A program made the position numbers and the translations under genes. 64,000 bases of DNA from Azolla caroliniana (Eukaryota; Plantae; Polypodiophyta), in NCBI GenBank assembly GCA_043228905.1, contig JBHGNT010000011.1, positions 21,824,001 through 21,888,000 of the forward strand. Reading direction: 5' to 3'. Positions 25,107-38,624 of this stretch are shown here, piece by piece. Positions within the stretch are counted from its first letter, which is position 1; every line of letters starts with the position of its first letter. The notes below the pieces were generated by a model that was given only the letters and a program-made list of their open reading frames with translations, ran no database searches and was not told where the DNA came from.

Positions 25107-28100
25107 TTACTCATTCAGTGAAAACTCTTCAGAGCCCATCAACTTACGCTTTCGTTTCTTTTGACGATCCATACTCTTATCTTCATCTGCACGCATAGAT
25201 AAGAACATAATATTTGTTTAAATATTTAAGTTAATGCGATTTTAATATTTTATTCCTATTTTAATATCAAACCCTGTCTCCATACATTTCATACAATTTT
25301 TTCCAGAGCTCGAGAACAAGGTTCCCTAGTTAACTAAAACACTATATTCTTAGAATGGTATTTTCTTTTAAATTTTGTATGATTTCATGCATGAAAAGAA
25401 AACTTGGCTTAATTGCCAATTAGAGAGGACAAATGTAAGAGATTCGTTTTGGAAGGCTTTTGGGAAATTTTGCCTACTTTTATGGTCAACATTCGTCAAA
25501 TTTTACAAAAAAATTAAGAGTTCACTAGTTATTCTTGCCAAAAATGCATAAAGAAATCAGGGTAACACGTTGCACTTGCATTTGAGCACACATTTAGAAA
25601 AACTATATGCCCAGAAAAACTATACTGGAAGAAAAAAGAGTTATGATGTTCATGGAGAGATCAAAACCTCTTGATATAAACTAGAAACCAAGGTTGCTAT
25701 CAAGCACAACATTTAGAAACCTTTTCACACATACACGATAGAAGTATACTAAAAAAGAAGAAAAGATGGTTATAATATTTACAGAAATCAAAATCCCTAG
25801 CCAAACAACCTTATCGGTAGGAGAACATATGAAAGTAAGAATGTCAAATGCAGATGATGGTGAGGAAACCATGACAAGGTTTTGCATTTTATCATCTTTT
25901 GCAAACCAACCAAAGCATGAGTTCAAACTTCACCCCGAGGACTGCAAGAACATCATCATGAATAGCCAGAACAAAACTTACTTTGTTATGTCATGTAATC
26001 AAAGTGCAAAAGTAGGAAAAGAACCAAACGTATTAGTGAATGTGATGAGAATGTTGGAGATTTTCTTCATGTTAGAGAATGCGAGGAGCATACTGGACAA
26101 CAGCAAAAACTAGGAAAATAGGCCTTTAAATACTCGTCATATAGGCCTATCATGCATGCCCAATGCATGTTTTATTTTAGTTCACAACCATTAAAAGTCT
26201 TTTGACATCTTCACTCTTCATAATCCTTTTTGTCATCTTCACACTTCATAATCCTTTTTGTCATAGGAAATACACTATATTGAGGCTACAGTTTAGCACA
26301 AAGGTTCTTGACCATAACTATTTTTTGGTGCACCAAATCGCAGTTCTATTTCCCAAGTAATGAATGGACAATGTGGTATTAAGTTAGTGCTAAAGAATTA
26401 GTGTTTTATGGTCTTATTACCCATCTAATAGGATGAATTATGCTGTCACAAGTGTCTATCATGAAGGACCTGCCTTTAATCCTAATGTACATGAGTAGTG
26501 TGGTGTACAAATCAGACTATAGCATTTAAACCATTTCAATAGAATACCATGTGCATAAATATATGTTTACCTGGATAAAAGTTTGGATGGTCAAAGAGCA
26601 GTGTTTTGCCTTCTTCACCTCCATTGGATCTTTCTGACTCAGGTGGGCTAATGGGCTCTGTCTTTGGTGGTGCTTCATATGCATTCACTGCTAGTATTTT
26701 CTGTTCGCTCACATCGGGCAGAGGAGTTGTAGGCAAAAAGTGAAGCCCATCATCTGAATCATCTGAATCACTGAAAGCAGCAACTTTATCCGATGTCATG
26801 ATATCAACTTCTTCATCCTCGTCCACTTTTGGAGGCTTTATCTATACATACATAAGTTATTTTGATTATGTTAAAGTATTGGGTTAAAAATAAAGACACC
26901 TTACTCCCATTAGACAACTACCTTTTCAGCCTCTGGCATCAGATCAAACTCATCTTCTCTCTCGACATATTCTTCATTCTCCTCCAACTCTTTAAAATCT
27001 GGAGCAAATGCGCTCCAATTTTCTGTATAGTCTTTGGCCCAAATGTATACCACACCAGCTGTCATCGAAATAGAGGCTACAATAGGACGGCATGGATGCC
27101 ATGCAAGATCAGTTACACCCTCTTTTGGTCCCTCTAATATTCTTGCTAATTGCCCTGTTTTACTATTCCAAATGTGAATCTTGTGTTCTCCTTTTATAGC
27201 AGATGCTCCTACAACATATTCACTATCACCACTAAAACATGCTGCTCTCCAATGTACTCGATTCACCCGATCTTGGAACTCTTTAGAGTATTGTAGACAT
27301 TTCGCTCCCCTGTTTTTCAATATTTCAATTGACAATTCATCTTCTTCTTGTTCTTCTTCCACCATACCAAGTAGGGCTTGTGCGGCTCCATTAACAGGTA
27401 ACAAAATATCATATAGCCGAATAATTCTATCATTTGATATGATTAGAAGGTATTGTCCATTTCGACTAAGAGAAAATGATCTAATCAAAGCTCCTCCCGG
27501 TATACGAACAAGACCTTGTACTTGCTTGCTCTCTGTATCAATAAGGAGAACTTCTCCCTTAGAATTACCAACAAAGATGAGGTCGCCTCTTTTGTTAAAG
27601 CATGCAACTGACGGAGAGAATTGTGGATTCCCATTTGATGACTTCATGCGTGCATTTTGGGCAGCATCTCCACTTCTTGATGAGGAAACACTAAGGGTAT
27701 GAGTTACAGATGAATTAAAATCAACAAGAAGTGGGGCATTTGACATTGGGCAAACAAGACATAATGATGTCGACCCTGGGTGAAGGCGAGCTACTAATGC
27801 GGTTTGTTGCAAGGTCATTGAAGAAACTTTCATCCCTTGCGCTATGTCCCATAGACTAAGAGAGTCGTCAGTGGCCGATGCTAATAACCACCGACCACAT
27901 TTGGACCAGTTCACACTGGTAATAGCTGCCTTGCAGCCCTTATCACGAAGCTCCTTTGCAACTCCCCTGGTATCAAAGTCCCAAATTACACATGCCCCAT
28001 CTGCACATCCCGCTGATAGAGCAAAAGTATGAAAGCACATATTTCAGAAGTGATTACTTAAAAGTTTTATTGAAAAATCCATGCAGATTGATTCCGGTTT

Positions 28101-29272
28101 TCAAACTTCATGATGCCTTGATGAGGCAATCGATGAGTACAGAGCAAAAAGCACTTACAAACACTGACTCATTAGAATTTACCACTTCATTACACAAAGT
28201 ACAAATAGAAAACTACAAATTTTATGAGCAATGTGTGGCCTGAACCGCGAATATAAATTTGCAAGAAGGTGTTCCATTAGGGTTTTGCCATAATTCCTTG
28301 AAAAATAGGATAAGGTCAATGGAACTTTATGCACGTTTTGTCCTAAAGAGGGAAAAAAGTACTTGCAAGAAAGAAGATGATTAATTAGGTTTCAACTATG
28401 ATGGCTTGGCAAAAAACAAAAGAATAAGAGAATGTTTACGAGGATTTTGTGGTCTAAACAGCAGACAAGCACTTACAAGAAGATGATCAATAAGGGTTTC
28501 ACAATTCTACCACAATGCCTAAGTGGGGATCAAAGAAACATTTTATGGCCTAAAGAGCGAGAAAGTACTTGGTGTTACAATTTTCCACAATGCCTAGAAT
28601 AAAACAAAAGATCAAATGACATATTATGATCATTTTCAGGTCTAAAGAATGAAATTTTACTTGCGAGAAGAGTGCCTCGACGATTGAAAGCTATGCATTT
28701 TGCATTCCCGTGCTCCAAATACTCTTCAATAACCTCAGGAAAATCATTCTGAAATGGATCTGCAAAGCAAAAACTCATTGGTGTTATGATAATATTCTTA
28801 TGCTGGAATGGTTAAATTCTTTGAGTCACAAAAGCAACAATTTCTTGTGATAAAACCCGACGAATATCAAACGCTGAAATTGCTTAATCCTTGAAGCTAC
28901 AGAGAAACCACTTGTTCTGGTGAAAACCCTAAAATAGAATTCTAATGCTAGGAATATTTAATTCTTGGAGCTACAAAGAGAAAAACTCTTGTGATCAATC
29001 ATAGTTTTATTTTAAAGACAATCCTATGAATTGTTAGAGCTACAGAGAAGCATCTGCTTTTCGTAAAAACAAACAGCTTTTTCTGATAAAAACCCTGAAA
29101 GAAAATTAATAGCTTAACAAAGAAACCAAGATTTTCACATACGGGGACGATGATATGCACAGTTAGATAACGGGATAAAAAATCAAGGACTTCATTCATC
29201 AAAGCAAGAGTAAAAACAAACGGCAAAAGAGAAACAGGGCAGACGAATTTTACCTAGTAAGGAAAGATTCAT
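25107..29272 (-). CDS. RBL: RBBP5-like WD40 subunit of the COMPASS-like H3K4 methyltransferase complex, about 519 aa
   Basis: Exons 29254-29272, 28661-28759, 26922-28012, 26571-26841 and 25107-25186 join in frame. Contains MNLSLLDPFQNDFPEVIEEYLEHG, the hallmark ENWSAFAPDFKELEENEEYVEREDEFD, and a last exon with KKRKRK. Confidence 0.93.
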
Positions 29273-30669
29273 CACTCTGCTTCAAGATTGATCAGCAATT
29301 GCATTGGAGATTGAAAGGCAGATGAAGAAGAAATTCCACCTGTAGACGATTTGATTTGTCCACGAACAGAGCAAACCGGAGAAAATCAATAGCTGCCCGC
29401 GCGCGCGCGCGTGTGTTTCTCTTTCTCTCTCTCTTGGCGCCCAAGCTTTAGAATTTCCGGCCAAAAGCAAAAAGCTTAGAGAAATGAAATAGTGGAAGCT
29501 CTTGAGACATTTTTCACGTGTAGCATCTTACATCTAAGCCAAGCCAACACACACTCATTCTCGCTTCTCTTCTCTTCTATTTTCTCCTCTATCTTTGGCC
29601 TCGGCCTCATGTTTGGGTCTCTCGCCAGAATGGCTCAAAAGTGAACAAACCCTCCATTGATCGAATAAAGAACATTGTTCGCCTCTTCCCTTGGATCCCA
29701 TTTATATATTATATATGTATGTTAGTGTGATAACTGTAAGTTGCATGCATGCCTCTTACTTGTATGTTCGCCCAATTCCCATCGCTTGTATGTTGGCGTG
29801 TTAAAAGTCTCCATCGATCAATAATACAACATGAGCTTTGCTATGCTAGATTGCATTTGCCATCTAAACAAGCTCCATTTGTTTGCCTCTAGGAGGGACA
29901 TGATAGGATAACTAATTGTTGGGGGTTATGGTAATTGTCCATGAGGTATGAATTTAAGGCCAGCCAATTGGCAAGTGTGCGACCTCTACCCACCCTAAGT
30001 ATGTATTGACAACTCTTCTTTGGACATGGGCTTCTATTTTGGTATAGGAAGGATTAGCTAAACTTGTGCATCTCTTCTCCATGTCCCACCCCATAATATT
30101 GGAAGGGAGAGAACCACCCTTAGTCAAAGGTTCTAGAGTGTAAGTTGAACATCTAACCAAGTTACCCCATGCTAGTTTTTTGTGTTGTGATTTGAACAAG
30201 ACAATGTTACAACAATGTTGAAAATAACTCTCAATCACAACAATTGTAAACTCAAGGAAGGTAACCAAACTTGGCAAAGGTAAAATTGAGCAATGAATTT
30301 TCGTTGCATGGCAACAGTCAATTAGAAGACTCATCCCACTAGCCAAAGATCAAAGCAGATAAGTACTTCACATTTATAGAGCAAGCACATAGTAACCATA
30401 AAAGGATATAACAGCATGCCATGAAGAATAGGAACACGAGTATCATACATAATACAAATCATATATGCCATGCCATCACCATATCATGGAGATCATTGCT
30501 TGCCATGTCCAACAACTGAGACGAGGATACCTACATGATGAACTAACAACATAACGTCTCATCTCATTTCATTGCATTACACCAACCAACCAACCAACCA
30601 ACCTTGGATAAGTTACGATACTACACGGAGAGCATCAAAGAAGAGGGTGAGCATCAAAGAATGTGATTA

Positions 30670-32200
30670 GTAAAAGGCATTAGGAATTTAGGAAGTACAT
30701 GTTTCTTCAACTGAGTTATGAGAAGTCATCTTGCATTGGATATGCTATGAAATTACTTTAATCAAGTGAATTGCCTTCTTTTTTATGGGTCTCCAAGGTC
30801 TACCTAAAACCCATAAGGAAATGAATTCAAAATATGGAATCCATTGGAAAATAATGGAGTTCATAACGCAAATATTTATTTGGTGCCATGTGCACAAAGA
30901 CTACCGATTTGAAGCTTTTCGGCAACAGGATAGGCACGAGCTTCGTAGGTGTTTACAGGAAAGTCGAAATGTAGAGGAGAGAAATGCAAAGGTGATGTTG
31001 AGATCAAATGGAGAAAAACATGAAAGTTGAATGACACTAGAAGCAATGCAAGACAGTGATGTTTAGTTTTTCAGAATCCAATCTCGATAAAATGGAACAT
31101 GAGAGAACGTACAGGTCCAAAACTTACAGAAGGGTTGTTCTAAAGCAAAACACATTAAAGTAGCCAAAATGATGGAACCGCAAGGAACTTCCCAAGATCT
31201 CTGAGCCAGTGTTGAGAACAAAACATCCCCACTCATTGTGGCTTACCAATGTATTTCGTTAGGAAATCTTCTCTATGCTCAGAAAGTTCTTCATTGGTGG
31301 ATAACACTTATGTAGAGAATTCTGGAGGTTTCTGGATTATATTGGGATTTTATTATTGTGGGAGATGACACGCTGCGGAAACTACTTTACAGCGATATCA
31401 AGGTTTTGTGGGTGAATGTAGAGATACTATCCTGAATCATTTGATTATTGACCTGGAAAAATCTATTTTTGTGGATTATCATACAACATCCATCAATGAT
31501 AGTGACAAAGGGCACTTAAATGGCGGTACGCCTATCTCTGTTGTGCAAATTCAAAAAACCAGGACATCAGTAGATAAGAACCCACATGAGAAAGAGAGGA
31601 TTTTCCATTTATCATGTGGGATTTTGCTTCTGCCTTATGAGCCTCGAGCTGTCTTGGTTGATCACTGGGGATAGCATGAATTACTTTGAGACCAATGGAG
31701 GATACTTCTGATGGATTTGCTCAACTCTTTGAGGAGGAGGAGAGTATTGATCAAAGCTTAAAACCTCTGAAAGTTAGCGAAAGATGTAAGGTTGCAAATG
31801 GGAACTTCAGCTCTACTACATCAAAGTTCAATGCAAATTGATTCTTCTACTACGATGAATATGTCATTTCCATGATGAGAAGGAGCCAAGTTCCCTTGGT
31901 AAGTCCTCTTCTGTGAATACAAGAGGAAAGCTAAATTTGACAAATAACCTCAGTCACTGAAGATAGGGATGCAACTAAGAGATTGTAAATAATGAGGCTC
32001 CACCAATTTTGACAGTGCATCTGAAAATGTCTCCCCAAGATTTGTGGGGAAGATTAAACCGGGTTAATGGTCATGTTACTTTACTAGAGGTTCTAGATGT
32101 TCAACCACTTCTAGATTACAGCCTACTGGTACGGTTGTTGTCGTCTAAATGGGTAGCTGTTGGTTTAAAAGTTATAGATTGTATGGCCTTTTCATAGTGA
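30670..32200 (+). pseudogene. Degraded ubiquitin-specific protease (UBP1/UBP2-like) pseudogene
   Basis: Cys box VKGIRNLGSTCFFN*VM at 30670, Q-box-like FRQQDRHELRRCL, and APPILTVHLK...QDLWGRLNRVNGHVTLLEVLDV; many stops and frameshifts. Confidence 0.8.
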
Positions 32201-34155
32201 AAATGACCACCATTTTATTCAATGTTTGCTCGTTTATCAGCAATAGCATAAGCTAAGTTGAATGAAGCTGTTCCAACAAGGATACTGAAATCTTAGTGAA
32301 GGCATGCAGAAATAACAATCATTCATATGAACATATGGTAGGATCACACCAAGCAGTCCAGTGAAGACTTATCTATAAAGACTCAATACAGTTCAACAAT
32401 TAAAGTGTTTTGTATTATGGTGAATGCGATAATTGGTGAACTGAAAAATTCGAAACAGATAGCTACAAGTGCAATTTGTAGGGGGCGTAGTGAAGAGTAT
32501 ATGGGTTGTATGACGCGGTATCAAATGCATATACAAGTATGATGTGCAAAGCTACTAAGTATGTCCTTGGTATGTTCCAGGTATGCATGCTGCTAATCTT
32601 GGTGCAACTTCTGGTAGCAGTCGGACTTGCCAAGTAAATGTATGTTTATTTCACTTATTAATAATTAGTTACTTGCACTAATTTGAAGTGCCTGTTTCTC
32701 TATTTGCTGGTCTAGCATGAAGGTATCAGGACAAGTGGACATTACATTGTGTATATTAGAGGTCCATTAGGTCTTGAGTATTCTGGTCTTAATAGTGAAG
32801 CTCATTGTCCCTTCTATGAAAAATGTAAATTGATTGGAGAGAGAGAGAGAGTATAGAAAGCAGAGTAAAAGAATTTGCACCTTGTTCCCAACTAACAGGT
32901 GTATACTACTTTCTATATATATATATATATATATATATATGCTGAGTTTCAGCCAATTATTTCTCATACATTCATAAGTCAAATGAACTGCGTTTCTCTC
33001 AGTGTTTTGTATTGATGGTATATCTAGAAGTCTTTTCTCGTCAAAATAGAAATTTCCACTGAGGATGAACAATTTTGACGAATTTACATAAAACTGGAGT
33101 GAAACTCAACTTGTTTTCGTTAGAATTTTATTTCAAGCAGACCATCTTTCAACACACTTTCAACACATTCTGTCACATGAACTAATATATGAAGGAAGTC
33201 GCGTTAATTTTGCAAAAGTATTGGGAAAGAATTTTATTAACGGTTGGTGTTTATCTGAGTTCTCACTTCTGTTTGACTAGCTTGGTGATGCAATATCTTT
33301 TTTTAACAGAAATCTTTATTGCAATTCGTGAAATATTGAAAACTTAGATACCAGATATTTATCTGTTCGCTTTTCAGTCACTTTGTGAACTATTTAAAAG
33401 TAATTGTTCTGCTTCGTCCTCTAATGGGTACTTGTGGACATTGTTGTATTCATAAAGGTGTTACAGATTTGTTTGATAGACAAATAGTTGTAAAGACTGC
33501 TTATTCCATGTATCTAAAAGATGCTATTGAGATTCGCATTGATAAAACCAACATGTTATCATGAGTTCACTAGGAACAACGTGAGGCAGCTGAATGTCAA
33601 AGATGGAAGAGTTCTTGATGCACTGAATTAAGGGCAAAAATCAATTTCATATGTCCATAATTTTATGCAGCAACCCCTTTCTTGTAATTAGCAATTGTAT
33701 TTACTTTAGAAACCACAGATAAGAGCATTGCTTAACATAATGTTTTTTAAAGCAATGCCAACTGATGTTAAATTTGCAGTCCATTTAGTAATACATTCTT
33801 TTGCATTACAGACTAATCAGAGTAACAAACTATTCAAGAAATATGTGTTTTAAATTACGAATATTTAGATCAAGGTTGGATTTTAATTCTAAAAACTTGC
33901 TCATGTCAACAAATACATTAGTGAAATAGATAAAAGCAAGTCCTACATTAGTGAAATATAATAACAGATTATGATTCAACATGTGGGAACACCAGCTTAT
34001 AATCTGTTCAAGTCGAGAAATACACTCAAACAATGCTCGTATTTGCTGAACTTCACATTATTGTTCCCAACCAGAATTCAAAAACAAACATTTTACTGCA
34101 ATCAAGTAGTTAGTTCTGTACTTGTCCAGGTATACACATAATAAACATCAACAAT

Positions 34156-36917
34156 TCAACGGAATGTTGTATTGCCTTTTCGTCGTCTCTCCTCTCGCTC
34201 TCTTTCAGACTTCGATTTTCCAGAATTTTTCGCCTGCAAAACAAGATGACCATGATCAAGAGTGCAAAACATGCCACACTTGAAATTGAGATATGATTAG
34301 AATTGCCTCATTGATATGTTACTTACAGCAATTATCAGAAGTCGGACAAATAATCCAATTAAGTCAACAAACAAGTCGAGTGAATGTTTTATATAATCAT
34401 AATCACCACGGTCAGCTCTCTCAATTATCATTTGAGTGTCAAACAGAATATATCCAATGAACACTATAAGACCACCATATATCTGCAAGTCAAAAGGAAC
34501 AGATACTAGAAAATATGAGTACATAATTACCATATGCAAAAAAAAAATGCAAAATTGTCATGGGGAAAAACTCAGTACAACAAAGAACTGTACACGCTGA
34601 AATATGCTCAATTTAATTACGGGAAAACTCTGAAATATCCCTAGAGCCTTCATTATTTCCACAAATGCCGCAGTCACAACCCCCAAAATAGAGAAAAGAT
34701 AAGAATCAGGCATATGTTCGCCTGAGTGGGGGTTGAAACAAAGGCATCTCAGGAACTAATGAATACTTGCAGGCATTCGAGGAATATGGGGAAACTTGCA
34801 CCATACTCGACAGTTTCCCTGTCTATATAGTACCTCAATAGCGAAATAGGAAGCATAACCACCGAAAAAATAGGACGAAACTCCCAACCAAAGAATCAAC
34901 GAAGATGCAGAACTCAAGAAGCCTCCGAGGAAAAGAAGTTCTCTGCGTCGAGCAAATATTGCAGCTCCAGAGAAACACACAAAGATACATGCAGTTCCAA
35001 CAAGTGCTGTGATGAGGATGCTGTGGAAAAGAAAGTAGAGTATGAAGAGAAAGGTCTAATGATATTGAAAAACTTTCAAGTCAAAATGGGATCCTTTCTA
35101 CATGATATGAACAAATGCATATTCGAGGATACCCAATTTAATCATTATTTGTCAAACTCTTAGCAATTCCATCCATCAGCGCACAAGCATGCACGCTTAA
35201 AAAGGTAACCAGACATAAATTTATTCCCCTTCCTCTCTCTCTCTCTCTCTAGTTCCACTTGGCTTTTCTCAATGACTAAATTTCACAAAAACAGGACTAA
35301 ATCCTAAATTAGTTAAGAATTTATTGACAAGATAATTGATATCTATGAGGCATTTAAAAGAATTGCCTAAACATAAGCATGGGGAATAACCTGGAATCAA
35401 TATTAATGACTTGTTCTACAAGTGGTCCAATAGATGCTCCATTTAGAAAAGCTGCAGCAGCTAGTAGCTTCAGACGCTTTCCCTATTACACATGTTCAAA
35501 GAATTAGTGGATGATGGCTTTTGCAATCCATCTTGGGCATGAAAGACAGCTACTGCCATTATAAAAAAGGACAAAAAATATATACAAAAAGATCCAACCA
35601 TGACTATAATATCAAACAAAAATGTAATTCTCATCTCCCTACAAACATTGCAAAGAACGTATTATTTACCAAAATTACGATGAAAAATGTAAGGCATTTT
35701 TCAAAAACATCAGTACTTCCAAACTACGGCATACAAAATCGATGAAACATGCATGGTATATTTCAACAGCATCAGTACTTCCAACTATAACAGTGCAGAG
35801 AATGAATTAGGTAATTTGAAATTGTAGCAACAAAGAAAATAAGATGTTTCAATACAACCAGCATAGAAAAGAAAGATGGCAACACATATTTCCAGCCATG
35901 ACATAACAGAATATGAAAGATTGAAATATATTTCCAACTATATCATCACAGAAAACCAAATAGCTATCATACGCTTACAGCTTTATTATAAGAACAAAAC
36001 AAAAGACGCACATACTTCATCAGAAGGAACAAAGGGAGTTGTCATGATCCATATAGAGGCAGCAAGAGAACCAAGGCCAGTCAAAATACCACCGAATCCC
36101 CATAGAATGTGAAGATAAACTCCGACCACAGAAACAAGCAAAGTGGCTGCCAATGTTTGATAGACCTGCAGTTAAAAAATAAATAAAAATAATGACAACT
36201 TCTTCAGCAAACTATAGAAGATAATAACACAGAACAACAGTTCTCTCCTGCAAACTCTAAAATACAACAACACGATTTCACTTCGTAATAATTCAAGAAC
36301 ATAATAGGCAACACGGTTTTCTGCGTACCTTAGTCCAAAATATATGAATATGCTCTTTCTCAATCCCTAGAATATATTATAGACAGTTATAATCTACAAA
36401 CCCAAAATCGCAATAACAACACGTAGGACCTGACCGGCCTAAAAAACATGAGAATTCCTCAAATACAGTTTCCATCGATACACTATTGACCAACACTGTT
36501 ATCCTCTCGAATCTGAGAATATTCAACGAATGCAAGGTTTTCTAGTGTAAATTATAAACAACGGGAAACTATCGGATATGGAAAGCAAAGTTTTCTTCTG
36601 TCATCCCTTAAAAACGGAGGAAAGCAGTGAGTCAAACACCTTGCGGAAATTCTAAGCATAGAATTGGAGCGGTTGAATTTCAGCGACGTATCAGATGTTA
36701 CATCAGAAGAAAGGATTGAACAAAAATGGAGGGAATCGAGAATAGCACATATACAAAAAAAAAATGAAGAAATGAAAGAGCGTGAGAGAGAAAGAGAGAG
36801 AATGTATACCTTCTGGAGATGCTTCTGAACCGGTACAGAGAGACGATTCAAGTTCTTCAAGGATTCAAATGACCTATCGAATCGGGCATCAGAGAACGCG
36901 GTGAAGAAAGAATCCAT
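34156..36917 (-). CDS. BI-1: Bax inhibitor-1, 6 exons, about 256 aa
   Basis: Exons 36810-36917, 36016-36165, 35391-35482, 34834-35020, 34327-34482 and 34156-34233 join in frame. Contains VQKHLQKVY, GASIGPL, CFSGAAIFARRRE, FDTQMIIERA, HSLDLFVD and a basic C-terminus. Confidence 0.95.
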
Positions 36918-37276
36918 CGATGAGACACGACGGAGACGAGACTCTGTTGTGCAGAATGCAGGGATTTGAACAGAGAGATCGAGGGGTGGAGAGCGCAGAG
37001 AGGTACACAAGAGGAGATCGGATGTTTCGAGATCGCAGGGTAGAAGAAACGAAGGAACAGAAACTTGCCGAAAGTGATGCAGAAGAAGAAGAAGAAGAAG
37101 AAGAAGAGGCTATCTCAATCTATGCCCATGTCTGTCAATGTATCCGGATTATACACAATTTTTTATTAGAAGTCTTCTAGAAGCTTCCTTTAACGTGGAC
37201 AGGGGGGGTGGGGGTACTAGTCGAGTAACCAAAACCTTCTCTAGGAACTTCTTATGTTCTTACGTTTTTTTTCTTT

Positions 37277-37449
37277 AGGGGGGAGGGATATGTGCATTGT
37301 GAACCATAATGGATGGGCTTGTCCCCACTCGGGTCCACTTGCCTCGCCCGACCCTTAGGCAATTGCTTCATGCCCTAGTTCTTGTGTTGTAGGGGATAAT
37401 TGAGGCTTAGCCACCTGATTCACCGCAATGCATACGTGATATCCTCCCT
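37277..37449. mobile_element. Possible old MITE of about 170 bp
   Basis: Imperfect terminal inverted match GGGAGGGATAT..GTGCATTG..TGAA versus TTCA..CAATGCATAC..ATATCCTCCC; no clean TSD. Confidence 0.3.
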
Positions 37450-37926
37450 TGTTGTATTGTCATGTGTCGTTTGGTCTTCCTGTCAGAAACGGCTTCTTAC
37501 TCGGTATGGTTTAGGCTATGTAAGTTATGCCACATAGAGATAGAGGATGAGTATCACTTCACATGCAAGTGCCCAACTTATGTCGAGATACGGGCGGAAT
37601 ACCAAGACATATTAGGACCCTCTCCCACCCTCTCCAAACTATTAGATACCCTGAGTGTAAAAAGACTAGGTAGGTATATCTTAGAGCTAAAACAACATAG
37701 GGAGAATAAATTACAAAGTGTTAATCATAACCCTTTTACTATTCATCAACATGTAACTAGTGTAATTTTTCAGGAATAAGGGGAGTCAATGAATGTGGAT
37801 ACACTTACGCCGCTCGGCCTCTCCCTTGAGGAAGCAGAAATACAAAGAACAACCAAAGGCCCTCGGATGTTGGGCTTCAAAACAAGTCGACGTGGAGTAG
37901 AAAAGATTAAGAAGATAAGGGAACGT

Positions 37927-38555
37927 TGTCACGTTGTTATGCGCGTACGTGTAGAAAGGGGCGGGACCACGGGGGTCTTGGACCGAGGAGCGAGAGAGAG
38001 AGAGAGAGAGAGAGATTCTCCGACACGTAGGAGCGAGAAAGAGAGAAACAGAACGCAACACTTAATTATAATGACAGAGATTACAAACTCCGACGGTTAC
38101 AACCGACAAAGCGGTGACGGGCCCGACACGGGGACCCTACTCACGCACACCGACGACAGTCACTGACTCAAGGAAACAAAGGGGAAGGGGAGCGACTCTG
38201 CTGGAAGTGCACGGGCTGTCCACGAAGCAGAGGCAGCGACCTCCCGACACCCGCAGGGAGCGACGATTCGAGTCGCAGAGAGAGCTCCCTCTTCCGTTCT
38301 GCAGCAACCTCCCTCCTTCCCCTCGCGCACGATGCCCCCTTCCTTCTCTTGTCAAGTCCCTTTCTATTCCCTGTCCTCCCCTCCCTCTGACAGAGATACG
38401 CACAATCCCCTGATAAATGTGTGCCGCCTCGTATTTCACCCACCGATCCGTTTATGAATCGGGTACAAAATATCAAGTTACGCGTTCATCCGTGTAAGAG
38501 CCGGTTCACGCGCCTCTCTCTCCGAATCAGCCTATGGCCGATTTTCATCACGACA
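37927..38555 (-). repeat. 3' LTR of the gypsy element, 629 bp
   Basis: About 97% identical to 44356-44988 by hand count. Confidence 0.95.
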
Positions 38556-38624
38556 TCCACCCCCACCAAACTGCGCATCCACCGGCATGCGCCAGAGACA
38601 GGTAGATACCGAAGAAAACCGGCC

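Noticed and set aside
37190-37200. CCACGT as a UPR/bZIP element upstream of BI-1
   Set aside because: Only the core is present, with no CCAAT at ERSE spacing.
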